From Candidatus Aminicenantes bacterium (lineage in GTDB: Bacteria; Acidobacteriota; Aminicenantia; Aminicenantales; JAFGBC01), in assembly GCA_963702005.1 (NCBI GenBank), contig OY969696.1, positions 4,224,001 through 4,288,000 on the forward strand: DNA of 64,000 nt, in the 5' to 3' direction. A program made the translations under genes and the position numbers. Under the pieces are notes generated by a model that was not told the origin of the DNA, made no database searches, and was given only the letters and a program-made list of their open reading frames with translations. This document shows positions 37,104-47,667 of this stretch, one piece after another (position 1 is the first letter of the stretch; the number at the start of each line of letters is the position of its first letter).

Positions 37104-38176
37104 CAACCCGCGAGCGCTTCCGGCGCGTCCTTCACTGGGAGAGACCGGACCGCGTCCCGAACATGGAGTTCGGCTACTGGAAGCGGACGATCGAGGTCTG
37201 GCGGGGCCAAGGGCTCCCGGCCGAGTGCGCGACCAACGCCGACGTCGAGCGCCATCTCGGCCTGGAGGGGATTTCGCTCATTCCCGACCTTCCCGTCCAA
37301 AACGGAGCCTATCCTCCGTTCGAGGAAAAGGTCCTGGAAATCCGAGGCAGCCGCCGCATCGTCCTGAACGAAGACGGCGTCCTGTGCGAAATGACCGAGA
37401 GCGACACCTCCATCCCCCGCTACCTCCGCTACACCATCGAATCCCGAGCCGATTGGGAGCGGCTTAAACGGGAACGCCTGGATCCGGAGACTCCGGAGAG
37501 AATCGGGGATATCGCTAGGGCCGTCGCGGAGGCCCGTGCCGCCGGGTTCCCGATCCGTTTCAACGCGGGCTCGCTCTACGGCTGGCTCAGGAACTGGATG
37601 GGGCTCGAGGCTTTTTCGGTCGCCCTTCTCGGCGAGGGGGCCTGGGTCGAAGACATGATGGAGCATCTGACCCTGCTCACGCTCGTCCTCATCGAAAAAT
37701 CCCTTTTCGGCGCCGCCGCCGACGTCGCCTGGTGGTGGGAGGACATGGCCTACAACCACGGCCCCCTCCTTTCGCCGCGCCTGTTCCGGCAGCTCATGGT
37801 CCCCCGCTACGCACGGATCACGGCCGCCCTGCGCCGCGCCGGGATCGATACCAACGTCCTCGATTGCGACGGCCGGATCGACGAGCTCGTCCCCGGCTGG
37901 CTCGAAGGCGGGATCAACGTCATGTTCCCGGTCGAAGCTCTCCACTCCGATCCGCTCCGGCTCAGCGAAGCCCGGAAAGGACGCCTGCTCATGATCGGCG
38001 GGGTCAACAAGATGGCCCTGATCGAAGGCCGTCCGGCGATCGACCGGGAGCTCGACCGGCTCCGTCCGCTCGTCGAGCGGGGCGGCTACATCCCCTGCGT
38101 CGACCACCGCGTCCCGCCCGACGTCAGCTACTCGAACTACCTGTACTATTTGGAGAGGAAAAAGCTAATTCTCTAA
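37100..38176 (+). CDS. Uroporphyrinogen decarboxylase family protein
   Basis: MTTRERF-PDRVP, WWWEDMAY, LDCDG, GGVNK, GGYIPCVDHRVPPDVS. Confidence 0.88.
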   Translation: MTTRERFRRVLHWERPDRVPNMEFGYWKRTIEVWRGQGLPAECATNADVERHLGLEGISLIPDLPVQNGAYPPFEEKVLEIRGSRRIVLNEDGVLCEMTESDTSIPRYLRYTIESRADWERLKRERLDPETPERIGDIARAVAEARAAGFPIRFNAGSLYGWLRNWMGLEAFSVALLGEGAWVEDMMEHLTLLTLVLIEKSLFGAAADVAWWWEDMAYNHGPLLSPRLFRQLMVPRYARITAALRRAGIDTNVLDCDGRIDELVPGWLEGGINVMFPVEALHSDPLRLSEARKGRLLMIGGVNKMALIEGRPAIDRELDRLRPLVERGGYIPCVDHRVPPDVSYSNYLYYLERKKLIL

Positions 38177-38225
38177 GGGGCGGATCCGGCTTTTCATGTC
38201 GGCCTGTTTCGGCTATTATGGCCGC

Positions 38226-39506
38226 ATGGCCCACCACACCTCAACGTCCGGCTATCAACGGCTCGTCCGGAGACTCAACAAGTTTCCCCAGGGCGCTCCG
38301 CCCTCCGAACTCCTGTTCAAGATCCTCGGGATCCTGATGAGCGAGCGAGAGGCGTCGTTGGTTGCCCTCCTTCCCATTAAGCCCTTCACGGCCGAACGGG
38401 CGGCTCGAGCCTGGAAGATAAAAACGGACGATGCCCGTAAGGTCCTGGACGAGCTCTCGAGCCGGGCCCTCCTCCTCGACATCCGGGGCCGGACGAGGCA
38501 AATTTACGCTCTGCCCCCGCCCATGGCCGGATTCTTCGAGTTCTCGATGATGCGGCTGCGCGGGGACGTCGACCAGAAAGCCCTGGCCGAGCTTTACTAC
38601 CAATACATCACGGTCGAGGAGGATTTCATCAAGGCCCTCTTCGTCCAGGGAGAAACCCAGCTCGGCCGAGTCTTCGTCCAAGAACCCGTCCTTTCCAACG
38701 AGAACGCCCTCCACGTCCTCGACTACGAGCGGGCCAGCCAGGTCGTCCGGACGGCCTCCCATCGCGGGGTCGGCCTCTGTTATTGCCGGCACAAGATGGA
38801 TCACGTCGGCAAGGCCTGCCGGGCTCCACTCGACATCTGCATGACCTTCAACAACTCGGCCGCTTCTTTGATTCGCCACGGCTACGCCCGTTCGGTCGAC
38901 GCCGCCGAGGGATTGGACCTCCTCCAAAAAGCCTACGATGAGAACCTCGTCCAATTCGGCGAGAACGTCCAGCGCCGGGTCAGCTTCATCTGCAACTGCT
39001 GCGGCTGCTGCTGCGAAGCCATGATCGCGGCCCGCCGCTTCGGAATCCTCAAACCCGTCCACACCACGAACTTCCTCCCCAAGATCGACCTCGCGACCTG
39101 CACGGGCTGCGGCGAATGCGCCGCTGTCTGCCCGATCGAAGCCATGACGGTCGTCTCGGCCAACGATCCTCATCATCCCCGGAAGAAAAAGGCCAGGCTC
39201 GACGAGGCCGTCTGCCTGGGCTGCGGGGTCTGCGCGCGCGTCTGCAAGACGAAGAGCCTCCGCCTCGCATCGCGGCCCGAGCGGGTCATCACACCCCTCA
39301 CCTCCACGCACCGGGCCGTCCTGATGGCCGTCGAGCGGGGCAAGCTCCAGAACCTGATCTTCGACAACCAGGCGCTGCTCAGCCATCGGGCGATGGCGGC
39401 CGTCCTGGGCGTCATCCTCAGACTCCCGCCCCTCAAGCAGGTCATGGCCGGAAAACAGATGAGATCGCGATACTTGACGACCCTGATCGAGCGGCTCAAG
39501 CTCTGA
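38226..39506 (+). CDS. 4Fe-4S dicluster domain protein
   Basis: [36 protein letters not shown]. Confidence 0.85.
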   Translation: MAHHTSTSGYQRLVRRLNKFPQGAPPSELLFKILGILMSEREASLVALLPIKPFTAERAARAWKIKTDDARKVLDELSSRALLLDIRGRTRQIYALPPPMAGFFEFSMMRLRGDVDQKALAELYYQYITVEEDFIKALFVQGETQLGRVFVQEPVLSNENALHVLDYERASQVVRTASHRGVGLCYCRHKMDHVGKACRAPLDICMTFNNSAASLIRHGYARSVDAAEGLDLLQKAYDENLVQFGENVQRRVSFICNCCGCCCEAMIAARRFGILKPVHTTNFLPKIDLATCTGCGECAAVCPIEAMTVVSANDPHHPRKKKARLDEAVCLGCGVCARVCKTKSLRLASRPERVITPLTSTHRAVLMAVERGKLQNLIFDNQALLSHRAMAAVLGVILRLPPLKQVMAGKQMRSRYLTTLIERLKL

Positions 39507-39535
39507 GCGCCGAGCGCGGGGGAAGGAGGCATGCC

Positions 39536-41416
39536 ATGTCCGTCAAGTCCATGCCGAGCGAAATCGAAATCGCCCAGGCGGCCCGGCTCCTCCCGATCGT
39601 CAAGGTCGCGGAGAGCCTGGGCCTGGTCGAGGACGACCTCGACCTCTACGGCAAGCATAAAGCCAAGATCCACCTCGACGTCCTGGACCGGATCAAGGAC
39701 CGGCCCCAAGGCTATTACGTGGACGTGACCGCCATCACGCCGACGCCCCTCGGCGAGGGCAAGACGACGACCACGGTCGGGCTCAGCCAAGCCCTGGGAG
39801 CCCACCTGGGCAAGAAAGTCGTCAGCGTCGTCCGCCAGCCCAGCCTGGGGCCGACCTTCGGCATCAAGGGCGGGGCCTCCGGGGGCGGATATTCGCAGAT
39901 CGTGCCCATGGAGGACTTCAACCTCCACCTGACGGGCGACATCCACGCCGTGACGGCCGCCCACGACCTGCTGGCCGCGGCCATCGACGCCCGCATCCTC
40001 CACGAGTCCAACCAGGACGATGAGGAGCTCTTCAACGCCTTCTGCCCGGCCGACAAGCAGCGCCGTCGCCGGTTTTCCCCGGCCATGCTCCGCCGCCTCA
40101 AGAAGCTGGGCATCGACAAGACCGACCCGGCCGCGCTCACGCCCGAGGAGAAGCGGCGGATGTTCCGCCTGGACATCGACCCGGCCAGCCTGACCTGGAA
40201 CCGCGTCCTCGACATCAGCGACCGTTTTCTCCGCGTCGTCAAGATCGGCCTCGGTCCCGAGGAAAAAGGCATGGCCCGAGAGACGGGCTTCGACATCTCG
40301 GAGGCCAGCGAGATCATGGCCGTCCTGGCCTTGACGACGGGGATGGCCGACATGCGCGAGAGGCTGGGCCGGATCGTCATCGGCACGAGCCGGGCGGGCG
40401 AGCCGGTCACGGCCGAAGACCTCGGCGCCGCCGGCGCCATGACGGTCCTGATGAAGGACGCCATCATGCCCAACTTGATGCAGACCATCGAAAACACTCC
40501 GGCCCTCGTCCACGCCGGGCCCTTCGCCAACATCGCCCACGGCAACTCCTCGATCATCGCCGACCAAATCGCGCTCCGCCTCGTCGGAAAGGACGGCTAC
40601 GTCGTCACCGAGTCCGGGTTCGGGGCCGACTGCGGCATGGAAAAGTTCATGAACATCAAGTGCCGGGCGAGCGGACTCGTCCCGAGCTGCGTCGTCATCG
40701 TCGCCACGATCCGGGCCCTCAAGATGCACGGCGGCGGCCCCAAGGTCGTGGCCGGCAAGCCGCTCGCGCCCGAATACACCGACGAGAACCTCGACCTCCT
40801 GGCCAAGGGTCTGCCCAACATGGCCGCTCACATCAAGAACGCCCTCCGTTTCGGCATTCCCGTCGTCGTCGCCGTCAACCGTTTCGACGCGGACGGCGAC
40901 GACGAGATCGAGCTGGTCCGCCGGGCAGCCGTCGAGGCCGGAGCCGAGGACGCCGTCATGAGCAGCCACTGGGCGGACGGCGGGGCCGGAGCCGTCGGCC
41001 TGGCCGAGGCCGTCATCGCCGCCTGCCGGAAGCCCGGGCATTTCCGATTCCTCTATCCGCTCGAGTGGGATATCAAGAAGAAGATCGAGACGATCGCGAC
41101 GGAAATCTACGGCGCCGACGGCGTCGAGTACACGCCGGAGGCCGAGGCCAAGATCGAGCTCTACACCCGGCTCGGTTTCGACAAGCTGCCGATCTGCATG
41201 GCCAAAACCCATCTCAGCCTCAGCCATAACCCGGAGCTCAAGGGAGTTCCCAAGGGTTTCAAGCTGCCGGTCCGCGACATCCACGCCAGCGTGGGCGCCG
41301 GCTTCCTCTCCCCTCTCTGCGGAGACATGAGGACCATGCCCGGCCTGCCGACGCGGCCCGTTTTTTATGACGTCGACCTGGACCTCAAGACGGGAAAGGT
41401 CGTCGGGCTGTTCTGA
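39536..41416 (+). CDS. fhs: Formate--tetrahydrofolate ligase
   Basis: [62 protein letters not shown]. Confidence 0.97.
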   Translation: MSVKSMPSEIEIAQAARLLPIVKVAESLGLVEDDLDLYGKHKAKIHLDVLDRIKDRPQGYYVDVTAITPTPLGEGKTTTTVGLSQALGAHLGKKVVSVVRQPSLGPTFGIKGGASGGGYSQIVPMEDFNLHLTGDIHAVTAAHDLLAAAIDARILHESNQDDEELFNAFCPADKQRRRRFSPAMLRRLKKLGIDKTDPAALTPEEKRRMFRLDIDPASLTWNRVLDISDRFLRVVKIGLGPEEKGMARETGFDISEASEIMAVLALTTGMADMRERLGRIVIGTSRAGEPVTAEDLGAAGAMTVLMKDAIMPNLMQTIENTPALVHAGPFANIAHGNSSIIADQIALRLVGKDGYVVTESGFGADCGMEKFMNIKCRASGLVPSCVVIVATIRALKMHGGGPKVVAGKPLAPEYTDENLDLLAKGLPNMAAHIKNALRFGIPVVVAVNRFDADGDDEIELVRRAAVEAGAEDAVMSSHWADGGAGAVGLAEAVIAACRKPGHFRFLYPLEWDIKKKIETIATEIYGADGVEYTPEAEAKIELYTRLGFDKLPICMAKTHLSLSHNPELKGVPKGFKLPVRDIHASVGAGFLSPLCGDMRTMPGLPTRPVFYDVDLDLKTGKVVGLF

Positions 41417-41428
41417 GACGGCCGGCTC

Positions 41429-42955
41429 TCAGCGGCGGCCTCCCAGGATGGAGCCCAGGACGCCGCGCAGGACCTGGCGGCCGAGCGAGCTTCCCACGGA
41501 CCGGGCCGCGCTCTTAGCCATGGCTTCGAGCAGCGTATCGCGGGGGCGCCCGACCGGACGGCGCGGCGCTTCGGGATAGCCGTAGGGATAGGGCTGTCTC
41601 TGGGGGGAAGGCTGCTCCGGCGCCGGAAAGGGGAATCCCGGCTGCGGCATCCGGCCCGCCGGAACCTCTCTTTTTTCGGTCCTGGCCTTGATCATCTCGT
41701 AGGCCGACTCGCGGTCGATGGTCTTTTCGTAATGGCCGTAGACGAGGGAGCCGCGGACGATCCGGTCCCGGACATCGGCGCCGACGGGTCCGATCTGGCT
41801 CTTGGGGGGAAGGACGAAGGCCCGCTCGACGACGCCCGGCATCCCCTTTTCGTCCAGGAAGGAAACGAGGGCTTCGCCGACGCCCAGCTCGGTGATGGCC
41901 TTCTCGACGTTGAGCTTGGGGTTGGAGCGGAACGTCTCGGCCGCGGCCCGGACGGCCTTCTGGTCTCGCGGCGTGAAGGCCCGCAGGGCGTGCTGGACGC
42001 GGTTCCCGAGCTGTCCGAGCGTCATGTCCGGGATGTCGAGGGGATTCTGGGTGACGAAATAAATGCCGACCCCCTTGGAGCGGATAAGCCGGACGACCTG
42101 CTCGATCTTTTCGAGGAGAACCTGAGGGGCGTCCGTGAACAAGAGGTGGGCTTCGTCGAAGAAAAAAACGAGCCGGGGTTTGTCGAGGTCGCCGACCTCG
42201 GGCAGGTTCTCGAACAGCTCGGACAGCATCCAGAGGAGGAGGGTCGCATACATTTTGGGATTCATCATGAGCTTGTCGGCGACCAGGATATTGACCAGGC
42301 CGCGGCCTTGTCCGTCCGTCTGCATGAGGTCGGCCAGGTTCAAGGCCGGCTCGCCGAACAAACGGTCTCCCCCCTGCTCCTCGAGGGTCAGCAGCCCGCG
42401 CTGGATGGCCCCGATGCTGGCCGTCGAAACGCGGCCGTACTCGGTCTCGAATTCCTCGGCATGGTCGCCCGCGTATTGGGCCATGGTCCGGAGGTCCTTG
42501 AAATCGAGGAGGAGGAGTCCGTTGTCGTCCGCGATCCGGAAGACAAGGGTCAGGACGCCGCTCTGGATATCGTTGAGATTCAGGAGACGCGAAAAAAGGA
42601 GCGGCCCCATCTCGGAGACGGTCGTCCGGACCGGATGACCCTGCTCGCCGAAGACGTCCCAGAACACGACCGGAGTCCCGGCGAAATCAAATCCGGACAG
42701 TCCGAGTTTTTTGACCCGCTCCATGATCTTGGGCTGGGGGGTTCCCGGCTGGCTGATCCCCGACAGGTCGCCCTTGACGTCGGCCATGAAGACTGGAACG
42801 CCGATCCGGCTGAAGTTCTCGGCCATGACCTGGAGGGAGACGGTTTTGCCCGTCCCGGTCGCGCCGGCGACGAGGCCGTGCCGGTTCGACATCCGCGGCA
42901 GCAGATAAAGCTCCTTATCTCCCTTGGCGATGAGAAGACGTTCGGCGTCGCTCAT
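41429..42955 (-). CDS. DUF853 / HerA-like ATPase (YjgR family)
   Basis: [56 protein letters not shown]. Confidence 0.93.
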   Translation of the reverse strand: MSDAERLLIAKGDKELYLLPRMSNRHGLVAGATGTGKTVSLQVMAENFSRIGVPVFMADVKGDLSGISQPGTPQPKIMERVKKLGLSGFDFAGTPVVFWDVFGEQGHPVRTTVSEMGPLLFSRLLNLNDIQSGVLTLVFRIADDNGLLLLDFKDLRTMAQYAGDHAEEFETEYGRVSTASIGAIQRGLLTLEEQGGDRLFGEPALNLADLMQTDGQGRGLVNILVADKLMMNPKMYATLLLWMLSELFENLPEVGDLDKPRLVFFFDEAHLLFTDAPQVLLEKIEQVVRLIRSKGVGIYFVTQNPLDIPDMTLGQLGNRVQHALRAFTPRDQKAVRAAAETFRSNPKLNVEKAITELGVGEALVSFLDEKGMPGVVERAFVLPPKSQIGPVGADVRDRIVRGSLVYGHYEKTIDRESAYEMIKARTEKREVPAGRMPQPGFPFPAPEQPSPQRQPYPYGYPEAPRRPVGRPRDTLLEAMAKSAARSVGSSLGRQVLRGVLGSILGGRR

Positions 42956-43142
42956 GATCTCGTCTCCTTGTGGGTCGTTCCTACTTCTTTTTTATATACG
43001 ACTCTGCGCCAAAGTCAAGCCGGGCGGCCTTGAAGGGCAACGATCCCGCCCGATGGCTCGCCGAACAGACCTCGGGACAAAGACGGCACTGACCTCCGGG
43101 GATTGATCTCAGGAGCGCCGACAACGCCCGGAGCCGGGGCGG

Positions 43143-43904
43143 TTAAAACTTAAGGCTCTCCATGAAAAGGGCATTGACCCGGGCGTTGAGGGCTCTCCGG
43201 AATCGTTCAATCGACGCCAGCGCTCCGCCGCTCATATAATCCTTGATAAACAGGGGGGGCCCGACGTTGACCTTGATCCGGGTCGGGACCAGGAACATGA
43301 CGTGGGTCCCGAAAATCGAGAGCGGCGTCACCGGGACCGAGATGCCGTTCTCGACGAGGAGGTTGTAGGCCATGACCGGGGGGCCTTTGCGGAAAGGCTT
43401 GATATAGGGATTGAGATCACGGTCGTCGATCCGCCCCCGGCCCTGGAGGAGGACGACGGCCCGGCCGACCCGCAGATAATCCTCGCAGTGCCGGATGGCC
43501 TCGACCCGGCTGCCCCCCGTAAGGTTGACCGGGATGCTGCCGACCTTGGCGATGTTGGAGGAGATGAATCGGATGACGTAGGCGTAGAAGGGGTTGAACA
43601 GGAGGTGGATGAAGGTCCCGAAATTCCCGAGATGGCGCTGAAGATGGTGCTTGACGAGCCAGCTGAACTGCTCCCGGTCGAAGATCATCTCGTTGGCCGT
43701 GAAAAAAATGGGCCGGGGCGCGATCTTGAGCAGGAGGGCGATGTCCTTGTAGCTTCCGATGTGGTTGCCGACGATGATGTTCGCTCCCTCGCGGACGAAA
43801 TTCTCGCCGCCCCGGACGTCGATCCGCTTGGAGAGCAGGGAGAAATTGCTGAGGCGGAGGGTCGCCTTGCGAAGCTTCTGGTATTCCTCTTCGAACGTCG
43901 GCAT
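43143..43904 (-). CDS. Lysophospholipid acyltransferase family protein
   Basis: GNHIGSYKD (NHx4-5D), PVTPLSIFGT, VNVGPP; start chosen at ATG 43904. Confidence 0.75.
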   Translation of the reverse strand: MPTFEEEYQKLRKATLRLSNFSLLSKRIDVRGGENFVREGANIIVGNHIGSYKDIALLLKIAPRPIFFTANEMIFDREQFSWLVKHHLQRHLGNFGTFIHLLFNPFYAYVIRFISSNIAKVGSIPVNLTGGSRVEAIRHCEDYLRVGRAVVLLQGRGRIDDRDLNPYIKPFRKGPPVMAYNLLVENGISVPVTPLSIFGTHVMFLVPTRIKVNVGPPLFIKDYMSGGALASIERFRRALNARVNALFMESLKF

Positions 43905-44018
43905 GGCCTTTTGATTCGGGCCTATTTTATCCAAATTGATTTCAAAATTCAAAATTATTGTCATTCCCCCCGCGGCGTGCTAATTTAGGGACGCTGATTC
44001 CCGTCGCGGGAGGCCGCC

Positions 44019-45194
44019 ATGCTCACGCTCATCCGCGGGGGGCGCCTGTTCGCCCCCGAGGACCTGGGAACGAAGGACATCCTGATCGCGGGCGAAAAGG
44101 TCTGCGCCTTGGCGCCGCCCGGAGCGGTCCGGCTCGAGGGCGCCGAGGCGGACGTCATGGACGCCTCGGGGCTGGTCGTCGTCCCCGGACTCATCGACAG
44201 TCACGTCCACATCCTGGGCGGGGGGGGCGAAGGCGGCCCGGCGACCCGGGCCCCCGAGATCCGGGTCGAGGACATCGCGGCCTGCGGCATTACGACGGTC
44301 ATCGGCTGCCTGGGGACGGACGGCGTCACCCGCCACCTGGAATCCCTCCTGGCCAAGGCCCGGGCCTTGGAGATCGAGGGGATCTCAACCTGGATCTTCA
44401 CCGGCTCTTACGAAATCCCGGTCCGGACGCTGACCGGAAGCGTCCGCTCGGACATCGCCCTCATCGACAAGGTCATCGGCGCGGGCGAAATCGCCGTTTC
44501 CGATCACCGTTCCTCCCAGCCAAGCTTCGAGGAATTCGCCCGGCTCGCGGCCGAGTGCCGGGTGGGCGGGATGCTGGGCGGGAAGGCCGGCGTCCTCCAT
44601 CTCCACCTGGGCGACGGCCCGCGACGGCTCGAATATCTCTTCCGGCTCGTCGGCGAAACCGAGATCCCGATCAGCCAGGTCATCCCGACCCACGTCAACC
44701 GGAACCGGGAGCTGTTCGCTCAAGCCCTGGCATTCGCCCGCCAGGGCGGAACGATCGACCTGACGGCCGGGCCCGAGGACATCCCTTCCTCCGAGCCCGA
44801 CCTGAGCGTCGCCGAGGCCGTCGGCCTCTTCCGGGACGGGAGCATCCCCCTGGCGCGCCTGACCGTCACCTCGGACAGCAACGGCAGCATCCCTATCTTC
44901 GACAAGCAGGGAAAGCTCCTCCGGCTCACCGTCGCCGACGAGACGGACTTCTTCCGGAACTTCCGGTCGCTGGTCCGAAGGAAGATCCTGGGGCTCGAGG
45001 ACGCCTTGAGGCTGTTCGCGACGAACCCGGCGGCATTCTACAAACTCCCCGGGAAAGGCCGGATTGCCGAGGGCATGGACGCCGACCTGCTCATCCTCGA
45101 CGGCGAGCTCAATCTCCGGGATTCCTTCGCCCGAGGAAGGCGGCTCGTCGCGGGAGGCCGGGTCGTCGTCCGGGGGACCTTCCGCGCCGATTGA
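44019..45194 (+). CDS. iadA: Isoaspartyl dipeptidase (beta-aspartyl peptidase)
   Basis: PGLIDSHVHILGGGGEGG, GCLGTDG, GEIAVSDHRSSQP, PTHVNR, SDSNGS. Confidence 0.93.
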   Translation: MLTLIRGGRLFAPEDLGTKDILIAGEKVCALAPPGAVRLEGAEADVMDASGLVVVPGLIDSHVHILGGGGEGGPATRAPEIRVEDIAACGITTVIGCLGTDGVTRHLESLLAKARALEIEGISTWIFTGSYEIPVRTLTGSVRSDIALIDKVIGAGEIAVSDHRSSQPSFEEFARLAAECRVGGMLGGKAGVLHLHLGDGPRRLEYLFRLVGETEIPISQVIPTHVNRNRELFAQALAFARQGGTIDLTAGPEDIPSSEPDLSVAEAVGLFRDGSIPLARLTVTSDSNGSIPIFDKQGKLLRLTVADETDFFRNFRSLVRRKILGLEDALRLFATNPAAFYKLPGKGRIAEGMDADLLILDGELNLRDSFARGRRLVAGGRVVVRGTFRAD

Positions 45195-45205
45195 AAACGA
45201 CGGCC

Positions 45206-46627
45206 ATGAAGCGCTCCCTTCCTCCGTCAAAACCCAAAGCGCCGTCCTTCGGTGTCGCCCTTATCCCTCTTGTCTCGATGGGGCTCCTGCTCGGCGTCGG
45301 CTACGGCGTCTATAAGATCCGTCCCCAGGTCCTTCTCGTCGCCGCCGCCTTCCTGACCGCGATCCTGGGCTTCCTTCTCCGCTTCAACTGGAAGGTCATG
45401 GAGCGGGGCATCGTCGACAGCATCTCCAAGGCCATGCCGGCCATCCTGATCATGCTCTCGGTCGGGGTCCTGGTCGGCTCCTGGATCGCCTGCGGGACCA
45501 TCCCCATGGTCATCTACTACGGGCTCAAGCTCATTTCGCCCCAATTCTTCCTGGTGACGGCCTGCTTCGTCTGCTCGATCGCTTCGCTGGCCACGGGCAC
45601 CTCCTGGGGCACGGTCGGAACCCTGGGCGTCGCCTTCATCGGAATCGCGATGGGCCTGGGCATTCCGCTCGGCCCGGCCGCCGGCGCCATCGTGGCCGGC
45701 GCCTACTTCGGCGATAAGCTCTCGCCCATGTCCGATATCCCCAATCTCGCTTCGGTCACGGCCGGAGTGGACCTCTTCGAGCATATCAAGCACATGCTTT
45801 GGTCGGCCGTCCCCGCCTATCTCCTGGGCCTGGCGGTCTATTTCCTGGCCGGCTTGAAGTACGGCGGCCGGGCGGCGGATACCAGCGCCGTCGCGTTGAT
45901 TACCGAAACGCTCGCCCGCAACTTCCGTTTTCACGTCCTCCTTCTCCTGCCGATGGTCGTCGTCTTTTATTTCGCGATCGCTAAGAAGCCGACCATCCCG
46001 GGGATGATCCTTTCGTCCTTTACAGCGGCGGTCCTGGCCGTCGTCTTCCAGAAGGTCCCGCTCGTCGAGGTCGCCAACGCCATGAACACGGGATTCAAGG
46101 CCAAGACCGGCGTCGCGGCCGTCGACAGCCTGATCTCGCGGGGCGGGATGATGAGCATGATGGAAACCCAGCTCGTCGCCTTCACGGCCTTCGCTTTCGG
46201 CGGGATCATGCAGGCGACCGGAATGCTGGCCGCTCTCCTGGACCGGATCATGCGCTTCGCGGACCGGGTCTGGTCCCTGGTTTTGACCACGATCGGGGCG
46301 GCCGTCGCTACCGCGCTGGTCACCGGGAGCTCCTATCTCTCGATCATCATCCCCGGCGAGCTCCTGCTGCCCGCCTATAAAAAAATGGACCTGGCCGCCA
46401 AAAACCTGTCGCGGATCGTCGAGGAAGCGGGCGGGATCATCGTCCCGCTCATCCCTTGGAGCATGGCCGGCGTCTACATCACGGGCACGATCGGGGTCCC
46501 GGTCTTTGCCTACCTGCCCTGGGCCGTCATGAATTATGCTTCTGTCGCGGCCTTGGCCCTCTTCGGATTTACGAAATTCTCGATGGCGCGGCGCTCTTCG
46601 GAGGAAGAGGCCGGGCCGCAACTCTGA
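45206..46627 (+). CDS. NhaC family Na+/H+ antiporter or amino-acid transporter
   Basis: GTIPMVIYYGL, TGTSWGTVGTLG, GAYFGDKLSPMSD, RGGMMSM, PLIPW. Confidence 0.9.
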   Translation: MKRSLPPSKPKAPSFGVALIPLVSMGLLLGVGYGVYKIRPQVLLVAAAFLTAILGFLLRFNWKVMERGIVDSISKAMPAILIMLSVGVLVGSWIACGTIPMVIYYGLKLISPQFFLVTACFVCSIASLATGTSWGTVGTLGVAFIGIAMGLGIPLGPAAGAIVAGAYFGDKLSPMSDIPNLASVTAGVDLFEHIKHMLWSAVPAYLLGLAVYFLAGLKYGGRAADTSAVALITETLARNFRFHVLLLLPMVVVFYFAIAKKPTIPGMILSSFTAAVLAVVFQKVPLVEVANAMNTGFKAKTGVAAVDSLISRGGMMSMMETQLVAFTAFAFGGIMQATGMLAALLDRIMRFADRVWSLVLTTIGAAVATALVTGSSYLSIIIPGELLLPAYKKMDLAAKNLSRIVEEAGGIIVPLIPWSMAGVYITGTIGVPVFAYLPWAVMNYASVAALALFGFTKFSMARRSSEEEAGPQL

Positions 46628-46639
46628 CGGAGACGCCCG

Positions 46640-46948
46640 TCAGCGATCGCCGTCTTTCTCGCCCTCGTCCTTGCCGTCCTCGTCCTCGCCGGCCGTCGAG
46701 AGGGCCTTCTGGAACAGCTCCTCGGCCAGCTCGTGTTTTTTCTTGCTGAGCTCGGCCGTGACCTCGAACTTCCGCCCGAATTCCTCCTTGCGCTTCTTTT
46801 CCTTATCGAGGAGGTCGTCCAGGGAGGATTTTTTCTTCTCGCCTTTTTCGGTCCGTGCGATCGAACGCCCCGCCCCGTCGACCCAGATGACGGTCTGGCA
46901 GCAGGGGCAGACTAGCTTGAAAACCTGATCCTTATCTCGCGCGCTCAT
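46640..46948 (-). CDS. Small hypothetical protein (CPCC motif + charged coiled coil)
   Basis: VCPCCQTVIWVD followed by a Lys/Glu-rich helix; fills the gap between neighbours. Confidence 0.65.
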   Translation of the reverse strand: MSARDKDQVFKLVCPCCQTVIWVDGAGRSIARTEKGEKKKSSLDDLLDKEKKRKEEFGRKFEVTAELSKKKHELAEELFQKALSTAGEDEDGKDEGEKDGDR

Positions 46949-47057
46949 GGCATCGGCCTTTCCCTTCTTCTTGACACCAAGAATACAAAACGCGTTATGG
47001 CGCTGTCAATACGGCGCGAACCAAGGGCGAAGGAGAGCGCCCGGCCGCCGGACAAGG

Positions 47058-47086
47058 TTGACAGGGGACCCTGCTTTGAATAGGAT
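47058..47086 (+). promoter_or_regulatory. sigma70-type promoter
   Basis: TTGACA-17 bp-TAGGAT upstream of 47119 ORF. Confidence 0.55.
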
Positions 47087-47118
47087 CGAAGCGAATCTTT
47101 TTTGACGGGGAGGTTTCC

Positions 47119-47643
47119 ATGATCAAGTCTCTCAAATTGTGGTCCTGCGTTATCCTGGCCTGCCTAGCCTTGTTCGGGCTGGCCCGTACGGCCGCCGCCG
47201 GCACTATTACGATTCCGGCCAACGCGTTTCGTCCGATCGACAGCGTTTCGGACAACGATCACACCTGGTACGCTAACGAACAAATGCTCTACGTCAAGTA
47301 TTCCGTCGACGGCCCGTACTTCTCGGCTCCGGTTTACCTGCCCGACGGCGTAACGGTCAAGAAGGTCACGGTCATACTGACGGATAACGGCGCCGGGCCC
47401 GACGACGAGGTCCGAGTCTCGCTCCATCGACAAAAATTGCTCACGGGAGCCCAGGTGACGATGGCCTATCTGAACAACCATGCGCCCGCTCTGACGCACA
47501 GCTCGAGCCGACAGGCGATGACGGACACCACCATTTCCAACGCCACGGTCAACAATAACCTGTACTCCTACACCGTCAACGTCTGGTTTATCTTCAGCTG
47601 CACCGACAGGGTCAAGATCCACGGCGTCAAGATCGAATATTAA
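47119..47643 (+). CDS. Secreted hypothetical beta-rich protein
   Basis: Signal peptide ending TAAA; TIPANAFRP, APVYLPDG; RBS GGGAGG. Confidence 0.75.
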   Translation: MIKSLKLWSCVILACLALFGLARTAAAGTITIPANAFRPIDSVSDNDHTWYANEQMLYVKYSVDGPYFSAPVYLPDGVTVKKVTVILTDNGAGPDDEVRVSLHRQKLLTGAQVTMAYLNNHAPALTHSSSRQAMTDTTISNATVNNNLYSYTVNVWFIFSCTDRVKIHGVKIEY

Positions 47644-47667
47644 ACGCCCCGTCCTCCCGGGCCGTTT

